Shown here: positions 47,422-58,791 of the stretch, piece after piece
Layout of the letters: each line of letters begins with the position of its first letter
How positions within the stretch are numbered: the stretch's first letter is position 1
Assembly: GCA_965224345.1 (NCBI GenBank)
Contig: CBDCYU010000003.1
Span: 343,936-407,935, forward strand
Direction: 5' to 3'
Source of the DNA: Dehalococcoidia bacterium
Lineage (GTDB): Bacteria > Chloroflexota > Dehalococcoidia > Lucifugimonadales > CBDCYU01
Length of the DNA stretch: 64,000 nucleotides
Made by a program: the position numbers and the translations under genes
The notes under the pieces: generated by a model
What the model was told of the DNA's origin: nothing
Seen by the model: the letters and a program-made list of their open reading frames with translations, nothing else
Databases searched by the model: none

Positions 47422-48300
47422 ATGGCCAGCGAGCTGGAGCTATCCTACAACCACTGCCAGCGCATAGCCAAGGAGCATGCGAGGAACTTCTACTATGCCT
47501 TTCGGACCCTGCCCTCCAAGAAGCGAAAGGCCATATACGCCGCATACGCCTTCTGCCGCGTGTGCGACGACATCGCCGATGACGACCTTCCCTTGGATGA
47601 GAAGAGACGACTGCTGGCCCAAACCCGCCAGCGGCTGGCGGCGTGCTGGAGCAGCGAGCCCCAGGACCACGTCTTCCAGGCCCTGAGAGACGCCGCGCTG
47701 TCCTTCGACATTCCCGCCGCCTACTTCGAAGAGATCATCGACGGCGTAGAGATGGACCTCACCGTGACACGCTTCCGAGACTTCCGCGAGCTTCGCGAGT
47801 ACTGCCACAAGGTCGCCTCCGTGGTCGGACTGGTATGCATCGAGGTATTCGGGTACCAGGACGAGGCCGCCAAGGAGCTGGCCGTCGATCTGGGCCTGGC
47901 GATGCAGCTGACGAACATCCTTCGCGACGTCAAGGAGGACGTGGAGAGAGGACGCATCTACATACCCCAAGAGGAGATGGACGACTGGGGATACTCCGAA
48001 GCCGAGCTCATGGACGGCGTCGTCAACGATGCCTTTCGCGGCCTGATGGCCTTTCAGGCCGCGAGGGCGCGAAGCTACTTCGAGAGCGGCGGGCGCTTGA
48101 TCCCGCTTCTCGGCCGCGAGTCCAGGGCGTGTGCTGGCGTGCTGCACCAGGTGTACAGCAAGCTCTTGGACCGCATCGAGTCCGTCGGATTCGACGTCTT
48201 CCAGCGCCGCGTTGCGGTGAGCACCCCGTTCAAGTTGTTCATAATGGCAAAGCTATGGGCCGGAAGTCTAACGCCGACAGCGCCGCTCCAAAGGCGGTAG
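47422..48300 (+). CDS. hpnD: Presqualene diphosphate synthase HpnD
   Basis: NFYYAF, YAFCRVCDDIAD, GVEMDL, YCHKVASVVG, AMQLTNILRDVKED, GRIYIP. Confidence 0.9.
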   Translation: MASELELSYNHCQRIAKEHARNFYYAFRTLPSKKRKAIYAAYAFCRVCDDIADDDLPLDEKRRLLAQTRQRLAACWSSEPQDHVFQALRDAALSFDIPAAYFEEIIDGVEMDLTVTRFRDFRELREYCHKVASVVGLVCIEVFGYQDEAAKELAVDLGLAMQLTNILRDVKEDVERGRIYIPQEEMDDWGYSEAELMDGVVNDAFRGLMAFQAARARSYFESGGRLIPLLGRESRACAGVLHQVYSKLLDRIESVGFDVFQRRVAVSTPFKLFIMAKLWAGSLTPTAPLQRR

Positions 48301-49625
48301 CCGTCATCGGGGGCGGCCTGGCCGGGCTGTCGGCAGCCCAGCGCCTGGCCGAGGACGGGTACGCCGTGACCCTCATCGAGAAGCGGCCTTTCCTGGGGGG
48401 CCGCGCCTTCTCGTTTCACGACTCCCAGGTGGGCTGCGAGGTCGACAACGGCCAGCACGTCTTCCTGGGCTGCTGCTCATACTACCTCGACCTCCTCCGC
48501 GAAATAGGGACCGCCGACAAGACATTCCTACAGCGCGGGCTGAAGGCCGAGGTCATCCTGAACGGCAGGCGCGGGGCGCTCTCCAGCGTGCCATTGATGG
48601 GGGCGCTTCACCTCCTGCCGTCCTTCATCCGGTACCCTCACCTGGGACTCCTGGACAAGCTCCTAGCCGCCTATGGACTCCTGAAGATCAAGCTGACGGA
48701 CCGGTCCGCCAACCGCCGCGCCCTTGACCGGCAGACGCTGTACCGGTGGATGAAGGACAACCACCAGACGGAGCGGGCTATCGATAACCTGTGGAACCTC
48801 ATCATACTGCCCGCCCTCAACGACGACATTCGCGAGGTCAACGCCGACATGGGCCTCATGGTGCTTCAAGAGGGGCTGGCGAATCGGGCCGACTCAGCCA
48901 TCGGCTACTCCAGGGTGGGCCTCACCTCCCTGACCGGCGGACCCGCCCACAGTCTCCTGGAGAGGCGGGGGGCCGAGGTCATGCTGGGCAAGAGCGTCAA
49001 CTCCGTCCGAATTGAAGGAGACGAGGTCGCTGGAGTCGAGCTGACGGACGGCTCCCTCATCCGCGCGGACGCGTACCTGAGCGCCCTACCCTTCGACGCC
49101 CTGCTGCAGGTGCTGCCCGGGGAGACGGCCCGCCGCCCCTTCTTCTCCAGGCTGAGGGAGCTGACCTCCTCGCCCATCGTCGGCATCCACCTGTGGTACG
49201 ACCGTCCCGTCATGGACTCGGACTTCGTCGCCGTTCTGGACAGCCCGGTGCAGTGGGTGTTCAATAAGAGCCTCATCACCGGCGCCGATTCCAACGGAGG
49301 CCAGTACGTCAGCGTGTCGGTCAGCGGCGCCTGGGACGTGGTGGACAGGCCCAAGGAGGAGCTCAGAACGCTGTTCTCGCGGGAGATGGCGCGCATCTTC
49401 CCGGAGGCAGGCAAGGCCCGTATAGAGAAGTGCCTGGTTGTGAAACAGCCGCGAGCGACCTTCCGGTCCGTACCCGGGGTCGCCGAACACAGGCCGCCAC
49501 AGGATACGCCGGTCCGCAACCTCTTCATCGCGGGAGACTGGACCGAGACGGGCTGGCCCTCCACGATGGAGGGGGCCGTTCGCAGCGGCGTCCTGGCGGC
49601 ACGGAAGCTGGCCTCAACCCTATGA
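48255..49625 (+). CDS. hpnE: Hydroxysqualene dehydroxylase HpnE
   Basis: IGGGLAGLSAA, LGGRA, DNGQHVFLGC, AGDWTETGWPSTMEGAVRSG; follows hpnCD. Confidence 0.92.
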   Translation: MGRKSNADSAAPKAVAVIGGGLAGLSAAQRLAEDGYAVTLIEKRPFLGGRAFSFHDSQVGCEVDNGQHVFLGCCSYYLDLLREIGTADKTFLQRGLKAEVILNGRRGALSSVPLMGALHLLPSFIRYPHLGLLDKLLAAYGLLKIKLTDRSANRRALDRQTLYRWMKDNHQTERAIDNLWNLIILPALNDDIREVNADMGLMVLQEGLANRADSAIGYSRVGLTSLTGGPAHSLLERRGAEVMLGKSVNSVRIEGDEVAGVELTDGSLIRADAYLSALPFDALLQVLPGETARRPFFSRLRELTSSPIVGIHLWYDRPVMDSDFVAVLDSPVQWVFNKSLITGADSNGGQYVSVSVSGAWDVVDRPKEELRTLFSREMARIFPEAGKARIEKCLVVKQPRATFRSVPGVAEHRPPQDTPVRNLFIAGDWTETGWPSTMEGAVRSGVLAARKLASTL

Positions 49626-50614
49626 CGGCGCCCACCCTGATCCTGGCGCCCTTCAGCGCCCGCCAGCTGGCGAGGCTGTGCGAGTCGCTCCAGGTAGAGC
49701 ACGAGAGCTGGCTGGACACCAGGCGCGTCTACGACCCGGAGGAGCTGGCTCGGAGACTTGACCGGGATGGAGTCGAGATACTGGTAGTGGAGGCCGATTT
49801 CATATTCGAGGAGGTGTTCCAAGGAGCCGGCAGCCTCAGATTCGTAGGCGTCTGCCGGGGCTCCACCGGCCACGTCGACCTAGACGCTGCCACGGAGCAT
49901 GGCGTCGTGGTCGCCAACACTCCGGGTAGGAACGCCCAGGCTGTCGCGGAGCACGCCCTCGCCCTGATGCTGGCCCTGGCGCGTCGGATCCCCGAGTCCA
50001 GCTCGTACCTCGCCCGCGGCGCCTGGCAGGACCCCACCGAGCCCTACAGGAACATGCGGGGCGTCGAGCTGGCCGGCCGTACCCTGGGCATAGTCGGCCT
50101 GGGGGCCATCGGAGAGCGGGTTGCGCGGATGGGGAGAGCGCTGGGGATGGAGGTGCTGGGGCACGACCCCTATCGAAAGTCCGCGGCGGACTGCTGCACG
50201 CCTGTGAGCCTCGACACCCTCGTCGCCGCCTCGGACTTCGTCTCCATCCACGTGCCCGGGATACGGGAGACCGATAACCTTGTGGACCGCCGCCGGTTGG
50301 CGATGATGAAGCCGTCGGCATACCTCGTCAACACCTCGGACCCCTCCGTCGTGGAGCGGGAAGCGCTGGTGCGCGCCCTACGCGGGAGGCGGATCGCCGG
50401 GGCGGCGTTGGACGTGTTCGAGACCCACCCAATAGCCCCCGACAACCCCCTTCTTGGCCTGGACAACGTGGTGCTGACGCCGCACCTGGGGGGAGCGACC
50501 GCCGAGACCATCGAACGCCACTCCCGCATGATGACGGACGACGTGCTGCGCTTCGTTGCCGGTATCCGGCCCAAGAACATCGTCAATCCCCAGGTGTGGA
50601 GGGAAAGTGTCTGA
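49622..50614 (+). CDS. D-isomer-specific 2-hydroxyacid dehydrogenase
   Basis: NTPGRNAQAVAEH, GIVGLGAIG, MKPSAYLVNT, AALDVF, LTPHLGGAT. Confidence 0.92.
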   Translation: MTAPTLILAPFSARQLARLCESLQVEHESWLDTRRVYDPEELARRLDRDGVEILVVEADFIFEEVFQGAGSLRFVGVCRGSTGHVDLDAATEHGVVVANTPGRNAQAVAEHALALMLALARRIPESSSYLARGAWQDPTEPYRNMRGVELAGRTLGIVGLGAIGERVARMGRALGMEVLGHDPYRKSAADCCTPVSLDTLVAASDFVSIHVPGIRETDNLVDRRRLAMMKPSAYLVNTSDPSVVEREALVRALRGRRIAGAALDVFETHPIAPDNPLLGLDNVVLTPHLGGATAETIERHSRMMTDDVLRFVAGIRPKNIVNPQVWRESV

Positions 50615-52109
50615 CGGCTACGTCCTGGTGCTGGACGCCGGCTCCAGCCGCGCCCGATGCCACGCCTTCGACCGCAGAGGAAAGATCGTGGGCTCGGCTA
50701 GCCGGGAGTGGCGCTATACCGATGACACCGGGCGGCCTTCGATCTCTCGGGCCTTCGACCCCAAGTCCCTATGGTCCATCTTCCCCGAGCTGATAGGCGA
50801 CTGTATCCAGAGCGCCCGGATCACCCCAGGCCAGGTCTGCGCGGTCAGCGCCACCAGCCAGCGCCAGGCGGTGGTGGCCCTGGACAGCTCCCGGAGAGTG
50901 CTCTACGCCGGCCCCAACCTCGACCTGCGGGCGGTCTTCGAGGGAGCGGCTATCGACGAGGAGATGAGAGACAGGGTGTACCGGACGACGGGGCACCTGC
51001 CGTCCTTCCTGTTCGCCCCGGCCAAGCTGCGCTGGCTCCAAGCCCACCTGCCCGAGGTCTACGGCGAGATAGAGTTCGTGGTAACCCTGGCCGACTGGCT
51101 GCGGCTGCGGCTGACGGGCGTACTGGCCAGCGAGACGACTCTGGCCGCCGAGGCCGGGCTGCTGGACATCCACCGACGGAGCTGGTGCGGCGGTCTGCTG
51201 GCGGACCTGGGGCTGGCTGTCAACGAAGTCCCGCTGGTGGACGCCGGAGCCATCGGCGGCGAGATAGGCGCGTCGGCGTCCGCCGAGACGGGGATCCCGC
51301 GGGGCACGCCGGTGGCCGTCGCTCCCGCCGACACCCAATGCGGCCTGCTGGGTCTCGGCGCGGCGGAGGAGTACCAGGTCGGCCTCGTGGCCGGATGGAG
51401 CGCTCCCCTCCAGATGATCACGCCCCGACCGGTGCTGTCCCCAGAGGCGCGGACCTGGGCCGGGTGCTTCCCCGGCGGGGACAAGTGGGTCCTGGAGAGC
51501 AGCCAGGGCGACGTGGGAAACTCGTACCGCTGGCTGGGGGAGACCCTCTTCGGGCAGGGGCGGGAGCCCTTCCTGGAGATGGACGCCCTGGCGAAGAAGT
51601 CGGCGGTTGGAGCCGACGGCGTCGTGATGCTCCTGGGAGCGCAGACCATGGACGTGTCCAGAGTGGGCATGTCCATGGGTGGAATCCTGTATCCCACGCC
51701 GCTGACCTTCAGCGAGATAGGCGGGAGCCAGGTGGTGCGGGCGTGCCTGGAGGCCATCGCCTACGGCGCCGTGTCGAACCTGCGCCAGGCGGAGGAGGTC
51801 GCCGGTCAGCCCGCGAAGAACGTCGCGCTAGGAGGCGGCATGGTGCGAACGAGGACGTGGCCCAGGATCGTGGCCGACGTCCTGAACGACGAGCTCCTGG
51901 TATCGCCCACTCCGGAGGTCACCGCCTTGGGCGCGTACCTGTGCGCGACCAAGGCCCTTGGTAGATTCGACTCCATCGAAGAGGCGGCCGAAAGCGTCCG
52001 CCCGCGGCTGCGCCGCCTGGAGCCGGACCCGATGAGGGCCGCCGAGTACCGGCAGTTGCATGAGCGGTGGGCCGAGCTATCGGCCAGGCTTCAGGGGCTG
52101 GACCTCTGA
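50607..52109 (+). CDS. FGGY family carbohydrate kinase (LsrK/xylulokinase-like)
   Basis: LVLDAGS, SATSQRQ, AKLRWL, ADTQCGLLG, GGG, EVTALGA. Confidence 0.9.
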   Translation: MSDGYVLVLDAGSSRARCHAFDRRGKIVGSASREWRYTDDTGRPSISRAFDPKSLWSIFPELIGDCIQSARITPGQVCAVSATSQRQAVVALDSSRRVLYAGPNLDLRAVFEGAAIDEEMRDRVYRTTGHLPSFLFAPAKLRWLQAHLPEVYGEIEFVVTLADWLRLRLTGVLASETTLAAEAGLLDIHRRSWCGGLLADLGLAVNEVPLVDAGAIGGEIGASASAETGIPRGTPVAVAPADTQCGLLGLGAAEEYQVGLVAGWSAPLQMITPRPVLSPEARTWAGCFPGGDKWVLESSQGDVGNSYRWLGETLFGQGREPFLEMDALAKKSAVGADGVVMLLGAQTMDVSRVGMSMGGILYPTPLTFSEIGGSQVVRACLEAIAYGAVSNLRQAEEVAGQPAKNVALGGGMVRTRTWPRIVADVLNDELLVSPTPEVTALGAYLCATKALGRFDSIEEAAESVRPRLRRLEPDPMRAAEYRQLHERWAELSARLQGLDL

Positions 52110-52149
52110 TCGCCGCGGCCGAGATGAGTCCAGACGGGGAGCGTGCGCG

Positions 52150-52818
52150 ATGAGCAACCGGTGGGAGACCCAAAGGCGAGAGGTGACCTGGGCAGCCAGG
52201 GAGATGGCCAAAAGGGGCCTGGTGTCCGGCTCCAGTGGGAACGTCAGCGTGAGGCTGAGCCCCCAAGACGCGCCGGACCCCCTGATCGCGGTCACGCCCT
52301 CGGGCAAGCCCTACTCTGCCTTGGAGGAGGCGGACATCGTGGTGGTCGACCAGGACGGCGAGCCCGTCGAGGGTGACGGAGTCCCGTCCTCCGAGACCCT
52401 CCTGCACCTGGCGCTCTACCGCTCGCGGCCCGATATCGCCGCCGTGGTCCACACCCACTCCCTCTTCGCCAGCGTGGCCGCCGTCGCGGGTATGGAGATA
52501 CCTCCGATACTGGACGAGATGGCGACGACGCTGGGTGGCCCCGTACGGGTCTCCGAGTACGGCTTCCCCAGCAGCGCGGAGCTGGCCGACAAGGTCGCCC
52601 TGGCCCTGGGCGACAGGGCCGCCGCTCTGATCAGAAACCACGGCGCAGTCGGCGTGGGCGGAAGCGCCCAGGAGGCCCTGGAGGTCTGCACACTCCTGGA
52701 GCGAGCCGCTCAGATCTTCATATACACTTCTCTGCTGGGCAGAGCAACCCCGGTACCCCAGGACTCCATCGAGGCCGAGCAGGCCATCTACCGAATGACC
52801 CACGGCCTGCCGGGGTAA
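52150..52818 (+). CDS. Class II aldolase/adducin family (FucA-like)
   Basis: SSGNVSVR, VTPSG, PSSETLLH, VVHTHS, IRNHG. Confidence 0.93.
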   Translation: MSNRWETQRREVTWAAREMAKRGLVSGSSGNVSVRLSPQDAPDPLIAVTPSGKPYSALEEADIVVVDQDGEPVEGDGVPSSETLLHLALYRSRPDIAAVVHTHSLFASVAAVAGMEIPPILDEMATTLGGPVRVSEYGFPSSAELADKVALALGDRAAALIRNHGAVGVGGSAQEALEVCTLLERAAQIFIYTSLLGRATPVPQDSIEAEQAIYRMTHGLPG

Positions 52819-52952
52819 CCAGCCATCTGTCCCCTCCTTTTGTATCTTAATCATGGAGCGGGGTGCGGTAGACCGCCCTTGGCGCCATTCTTGAGGGGCC
52901 TCGGGGCCTGTGCTTGTCTTCACGGCCATCGGCGATTACCATCGACGTTGAG

Positions 52953-53324
52953 ATGATTACCGTACCCGGATTCCTGTTGAGGCGGCTCTACGTAAAGGGG
53001 AGCCTGAGGAACACCCCGTCGGGGTTCGAGTTCCAGCTGCGGAACGGGCTGGGCTCCGGCTACGCCCATAAGCTGTGGCCCCTGACGGTGGACGGCGAAG
53101 AGGTCCCCGCAGACGCCGCCTTCTTTGCCTTGGACGACGTCGTCACGCGATTCGACGAGGTGTCGCGGGAAAACACCTTCACCCTAGCGTTGAACAGGAC
53201 CATCAACATCCGGGCCGAGAGCGTCGCGCTGCCCCCCGGAGCGCGCAAGATCGGAATGGGCTTCGACGTTCCGGGTCTGGGCACGTTGAGGTTCGACTTC
53301 GTCGACGTAGTCGCGGATGGCTAG
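52953..53324 (+). CDS. Hypothetical small beta-rich protein
   Basis: MITVPGFLLRRLYVKGSLRNTPSGFEFQLRN...LTVDGEEVP; overlaps the start of the next gene. Confidence 0.75.
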   Translation: MITVPGFLLRRLYVKGSLRNTPSGFEFQLRNGLGSGYAHKLWPLTVDGEEVPADAAFFALDDVVTRFDEVSRENTFTLALNRTINIRAESVALPPGARKIGMGFDVPGLGTLRFDFVDVVADG

Positions 53325-54303
53325 CCGCGCCAGAAGAGTGGCGGTCACCGGCGCCTCCGGGCGTTGCGCCGCCGGCCTGCTGGACCGCCTGGAGTGCCAG
53401 CAGTCCATCGAGCGCGTCTTGGCCATCGACATACGGCCTCCGGCGGCGCAGCGGGGCCCGAAGGTGTTGTTCCATAGGCACGACGTCTCCCAGCCCCTGG
53501 GAGGCCTGATGGCGGACCACGCCATCGACACGATTGTACACCTGGCCTTCGCTATGAGCCCCGGCCACAACCGGGCCGCATCTCTACGGGTGAACATAGG
53601 CGGCATGGAGAGTGTGCTGGAGGCGGTGGAGCAAGCAGGGGTCCGGCACATCCTCTATCTGAGCAGCACGACGGTGTACGGCGCGCACTCCGACAACCCT
53701 CCACTCCTGACCGAGGAGTCCCCGCTGCGTCCCCTGAAGGGGTTCCGGTACAGCGAAGACAAGGTCCGTGCGGAGCGCATGCTGAGGGAGACCACGGACC
53801 GCCGCCCGGGCGTCACCGCCTCCGTCCTGCGCGCCTGCCCCGTCGTCGGCCGCGGCTCCCCAGGTCCGATGGGCCAGGCGCTGGCCAAGCCCATAGGGAT
53901 CAGCATCAGGGGACACGACCCGCCGATGCAGCTGCTGCACGAGGACGACCTGTCGGAAGTGATGGTCCGGTGCATTCTGGATAGGGTGTCCGGCCTTTAC
54001 AATCTGGCCGGAGCGGGCGGAGTCAGGTGGAGCGACATGGTCCGGTCGTCAGGACGCAGGCGCGTGAGCCTGCCCGCCCCGGTGCTCTACACTCTGACGG
54101 GCGCGGCGTGGCATCTCCGGCTCCAGAGCGACTCGCCGGCGTGCGGACTTGACCTCATCAGATACCCCTGGAACGTCAGCACCCAGAAGATCCGGCACGG
54201 CCTCGGCATCGAGCTCCGATACTCCTCCACGGAGGCTTGGAACACCTACGCGTCGGAGGTCTCCGCGGCGTCATGCCGCCACCGCATGAGGACCGACGGA
54301 TGA
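53317..54303 (+). CDS. NAD-dependent epimerase/dehydratase
   Basis: VAVTGASG, IVHLAF, LSSTTVYG, YSEDK (YxxxK). Confidence 0.9.
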   Translation: MASRARRVAVTGASGRCAAGLLDRLECQQSIERVLAIDIRPPAAQRGPKVLFHRHDVSQPLGGLMADHAIDTIVHLAFAMSPGHNRAASLRVNIGGMESVLEAVEQAGVRHILYLSSTTVYGAHSDNPPLLTEESPLRPLKGFRYSEDKVRAERMLRETTDRRPGVTASVLRACPVVGRGSPGPMGQALAKPIGISIRGHDPPMQLLHEDDLSEVMVRCILDRVSGLYNLAGAGGVRWSDMVRSSGRRRVSLPAPVLYTLTGAAWHLRLQSDSPACGLDLIRYPWNVSTQKIRHGLGIELRYSSTEAWNTYASEVSAASCRHRMRTDG

Positions 54304-54639
54304 AACTGATCATCGACACAGACCCGGGCACCGACGACGCCATCGCCATCATGATGGCGATGGGCTCTCCGGACATCGACCTCCTCGGGCTGACCACCGT
54401 CGGGGGAAACGGAAGGCTGGCCGACTCCACCCGGAACGCCCTCCGGCTGCTGGACTATCTGGGCCAGCCTGAGGCCGGAGCTATTCTCCTTCAGGCGGGC
54501 CAGCGTCGCGGTGGACGTCTCCGACACCGAGCGAAGGGGAGCGACCTCCGCCAGCTACGGCGGGGGCAAGGTCAGCGTGGCGGCGGACGTCCAAGCGAGG
54601 GAGGCGAGAGAGGCCATGGCGGCCCTGCTGAGGGGATAG
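54300..54639 (+). pseudogene. Nucleoside hydrolase remnant with internal deletion
   Basis: N-terminus IIDTDPGTDDAIA...TTVGGN; C-terminus PELFSFRRASVAVD...RGAT...VSVAADV...* in another frame; 340 bp versus about 930 bp expected. Confidence 0.85.
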
Positions 54640-54781
54640 CCATCCCTCCCAGATAGTGGTTACCGGGATAGAGGGAATGGAGGACGGCTCGGGGCTGGGG
54701 TGAGGGTTGACGACGGTGGGCCGCATGGTCGGTGAGATAGTATAATCGGCCCGGACTCACAGTCGACCCAGGAGATATGGA

Positions 54782-55669
54782 ATGAGTACAGGCTTCACCG
54801 GCATGCACTGGATGCTGGCCACACCCTTCGACCAGGAGGAGAACCTCGACACCGAGTCGATCCCTCGACTGGTCGAAAAGGCCAGGGAGGTTGGCTGCAA
54901 CGGGCTCGTGGTCCTGGGGGTTACGGGCGAGGCCGCGCGTCTGACTGACCGGGAGCGGCGTGCCGTGGCCGAGAAGGTGATCGAGTCCGCGGGGGACATG
55001 CCCGTCACCGTGGGGACCAGCGCCGCCGGCACCCGCGTCGCCATCGAGTACAGCAGAGAGGCCCAGTCGATGGGGGCGTCTGCCGTCATGGTGGCCGCTC
55101 CCCCCATGCCCAAGCCCAACCTGGATGTACTACTCGCTCACTACCAGCGTATAGCCGACGCGGTAGACCTGCCCATAGTGGTGCAGGACTATCCCCTGAC
55201 CACCGGCGTGCAGATGCCTGTCCCCTTCATCGCCCGCTTGGCGGAGGAGATAGAGGTGGCCAGGTACCTGAAGCTGGAGGACCCGCCCACTCCCACCAAG
55301 ATCGAGGCCATCCGCAGGCAGACAGGAGACGCCCTTGGTATCTTCGGCGGGCTCGGGGGCGTCTTCCTGTTGGACGAGCTGGCCCAGGGCTCCGCCGGCG
55401 CCATGACCGGTTTCGCCTATCCCGAGGTCCTGGTGGAGGTCTGCGGTCACATGTCCAAGGGGGACCGCGCCAAGGCGGAGGAGGTCTTCTACAGGTACCT
55501 GCCGCTGATCCTGTTCGAGTCCCAGGAGGGCATCGGAGTGAGCATCCGGAAGGAGGCTCTGCACCACAGGGGCCTGATCGACACTCCCAGAGTCCGCCAC
55601 CCCGGTGGGCCCATCACCAACGCGACCAGGGAGGAGCTTCTTCACCTGATCGAATCCCTGGACCTGTAG
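54782..55669 (+). CDS. Dihydrodipicolinate synthase (DapA/NAL) family aldolase
   Basis: TPF, LGVTGEA, VMVAAP, VQDYP, YLKLE, GAMTG. Confidence 0.9.
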   Translation: MSTGFTGMHWMLATPFDQEENLDTESIPRLVEKAREVGCNGLVVLGVTGEAARLTDRERRAVAEKVIESAGDMPVTVGTSAAGTRVAIEYSREAQSMGASAVMVAAPPMPKPNLDVLLAHYQRIADAVDLPIVVQDYPLTTGVQMPVPFIARLAEEIEVARYLKLEDPPTPTKIEAIRRQTGDALGIFGGLGGVFLLDELAQGSAGAMTGFAYPEVLVEVCGHMSKGDRAKAEEVFYRYLPLILFESQEGIGVSIRKEALHHRGLIDTPRVRHPGGPITNATREELLHLIESLDL

Positions 55670-55756
55670 CTACTGGCGCCCCGTCTCGTCCTATGGGGAG
55701 TGTTTCAGGAACACACCTCACGACGCCAAGACCCCTGGACGGATTTATACGGAAAA

Positions 55757-56482
55757 TCAGCGCCGGAAGGTGATGCGTCTGAAGGCCTCGGCGTACTGCA
55801 TGCCCTTGCCAATGGCCCTCTCCCGGCGCCACCTGCGCATCATGTCGCCCACCTGGTCGGGCTCTCGGCCGTTGACCTGGGATGAGTGGGCCAGGAGCGC
55901 GTCGATTGCCGTATCGAGGTGGTCTGTGACGTCGATCCAGACGTCGGGCTCCGGGTGACCCATGATCCAGACCTCGGCCACCTTGTGCGGCTCGAATCCC
56001 TGCTCCAGCAGCTCTGGGAAGGTCAAGTGGTCGCGGGCCGTCGGGAAGATGGCGGCCAGGGCCGCCTCGCCGGCCGCAAGGTGGTCCGGATGACCAATGC
56101 CCCAGCCGCCGTCCAGGTTGCGCATGGGATACGGGCACACGACGACATCGGGCCGGTAGCGCCTGATCTCCCGGGCGATGTCCCTGCGCAGCTCCAGGGT
56201 TGGCTGGAGCATACTGTCCTCGTGGTCCAAGAAGACCACGTCCGACAGACCCAGTACCCGGCCGGCGTTGATCTGCTCGCCGCGGCGGATGCTCGCCAGA
56301 TGCTCTTGGCTCACCTCCCGTTCGCTGCCGCCCTTGCTGCCGTCGGTACATATGACGTACACGACCTCCCAGTCCTGGGAGCACCACTTGGCCACTGTGC
56401 CGGAGCATCCGTACTCGGCGTCGTCGGCGTGGGCGACGACCACCATCGCCCGGCTGAAATCGTTCTGGTTCTCTTCCGTCAT
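55757..56482 (-). CDS. PIG-L family deacetylase
   Basis: AHADDAE, TDGSKG, RRGEQ, HPDH. Confidence 0.92.
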   Translation of the reverse strand: MTEENQNDFSRAMVVVAHADDAEYGCSGTVAKWCSQDWEVVYVICTDGSKGGSEREVSQEHLASIRRGEQINAGRVLGLSDVVFLDHEDSMLQPTLELRRDIAREIRRYRPDVVVCPYPMRNLDGGWGIGHPDHLAAGEAALAAIFPTARDHLTFPELLEQGFEPHKVAEVWIMGHPEPDVWIDVTDHLDTAIDALLAHSSQVNGREPDQVGDMMRRWRRERAIGKGMQYAEAFRRITFRR

Positions 56483-56521
56483 GCTCTGCGTTCCTCGCTG
56501 TCTCAAGCTATAGCTCGCCTT

Positions 56522-57220
56522 CTAAATCATTCGTTCCATAGAGTTCGCAACCCATCTCTTCCCCAGAGACATGAAATCTCGTGGACGAATGATGGCTTCT
56601 ACAATGTGGCCCTCCTCCAAAGATGCGGGAACTCCATCTGGGTGACACCAGATTGCATAGCTCATCTTGTCCACCGCGCTTTCGTCGTTAAGGTAATCGT
56701 CAACCAATACTGTAATTTGAGCGACATCCAAACCACCTAAAACACTACTGATTGCTGAAGCGACCAGAGTGTCAGAGTCAATACTGAATCGGGAGCCAAT
56801 TGCGAACCGGTAGATATGCGAAACAACGCCGACAATGGATTCCTGCCGTTCGCCATACGGATCCATCGAAACGGTCTCCCTAGGTTTCGAGACGGAATCT
56901 ACCGATCTATGTATGATTCCCGGCGGAATTCTCTCGGTTCCTCTGCGCAAACCTAGAAGCAGGCCTGAGTTTGGTTCCTCAACGGTAAAGGACACGTCCT
57001 TTAGCGTTTGCAACGCCACCTTGCCCGGAGGGCGGGGAGCGGATGGTGGAGAGCTGTTCCTGCAATCGTGCATGGGCCATGGATCCCCAAGCATGTCGAA
57101 CAAGACGCGAGAGCCACATTCACACTGGAAGAAGAAAATTCGACTACTGCAGAATTGGCAGTTTAGTGGAAAGGTCTTCGTTCTGCAGTTGATACCGTGT
57201 GTGAAGTACATGGATTTCAA
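56522..57220 (-). CDS. Hypothetical protein with an N-terminal Zn-binding motif (lower GC)
   Basis: CQFC...CECGSRVLFD..GDPWPMHDC; 232-aa ORF filling the intergenic gap. Confidence 0.7.
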   Translation of the reverse strand: MKSMYFTHGINCRTKTFPLNCQFCSSRIFFFQCECGSRVLFDMLGDPWPMHDCRNSSPPSAPRPPGKVALQTLKDVSFTVEEPNSGLLLGLRRGTERIPPGIIHRSVDSVSKPRETVSMDPYGERQESIVGVVSHIYRFAIGSRFSIDSDTLVASAISSVLGGLDVAQITVLVDDYLNDESAVDKMSYAIWCHPDGVPASLEEGHIVEAIIRPRDFMSLGKRWVANSMERMI

Positions 57221-57276
57221 ACCAACGAAATCAGTGATAGTGCGTTCAGATCTTGGAGCTTAGCCAAGGCAATTGC

Positions 57277-58787
<1,511 letters not shown>

Positions 58788-58791
<4 letters not shown>

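Noticed and set aside
46487-49625. Carotenoid (crtB/crtI) assignment
   Set aside because: The HYENF...SANPVGR...NFWQD signature and the C-D-E order fit HpnCDE better.
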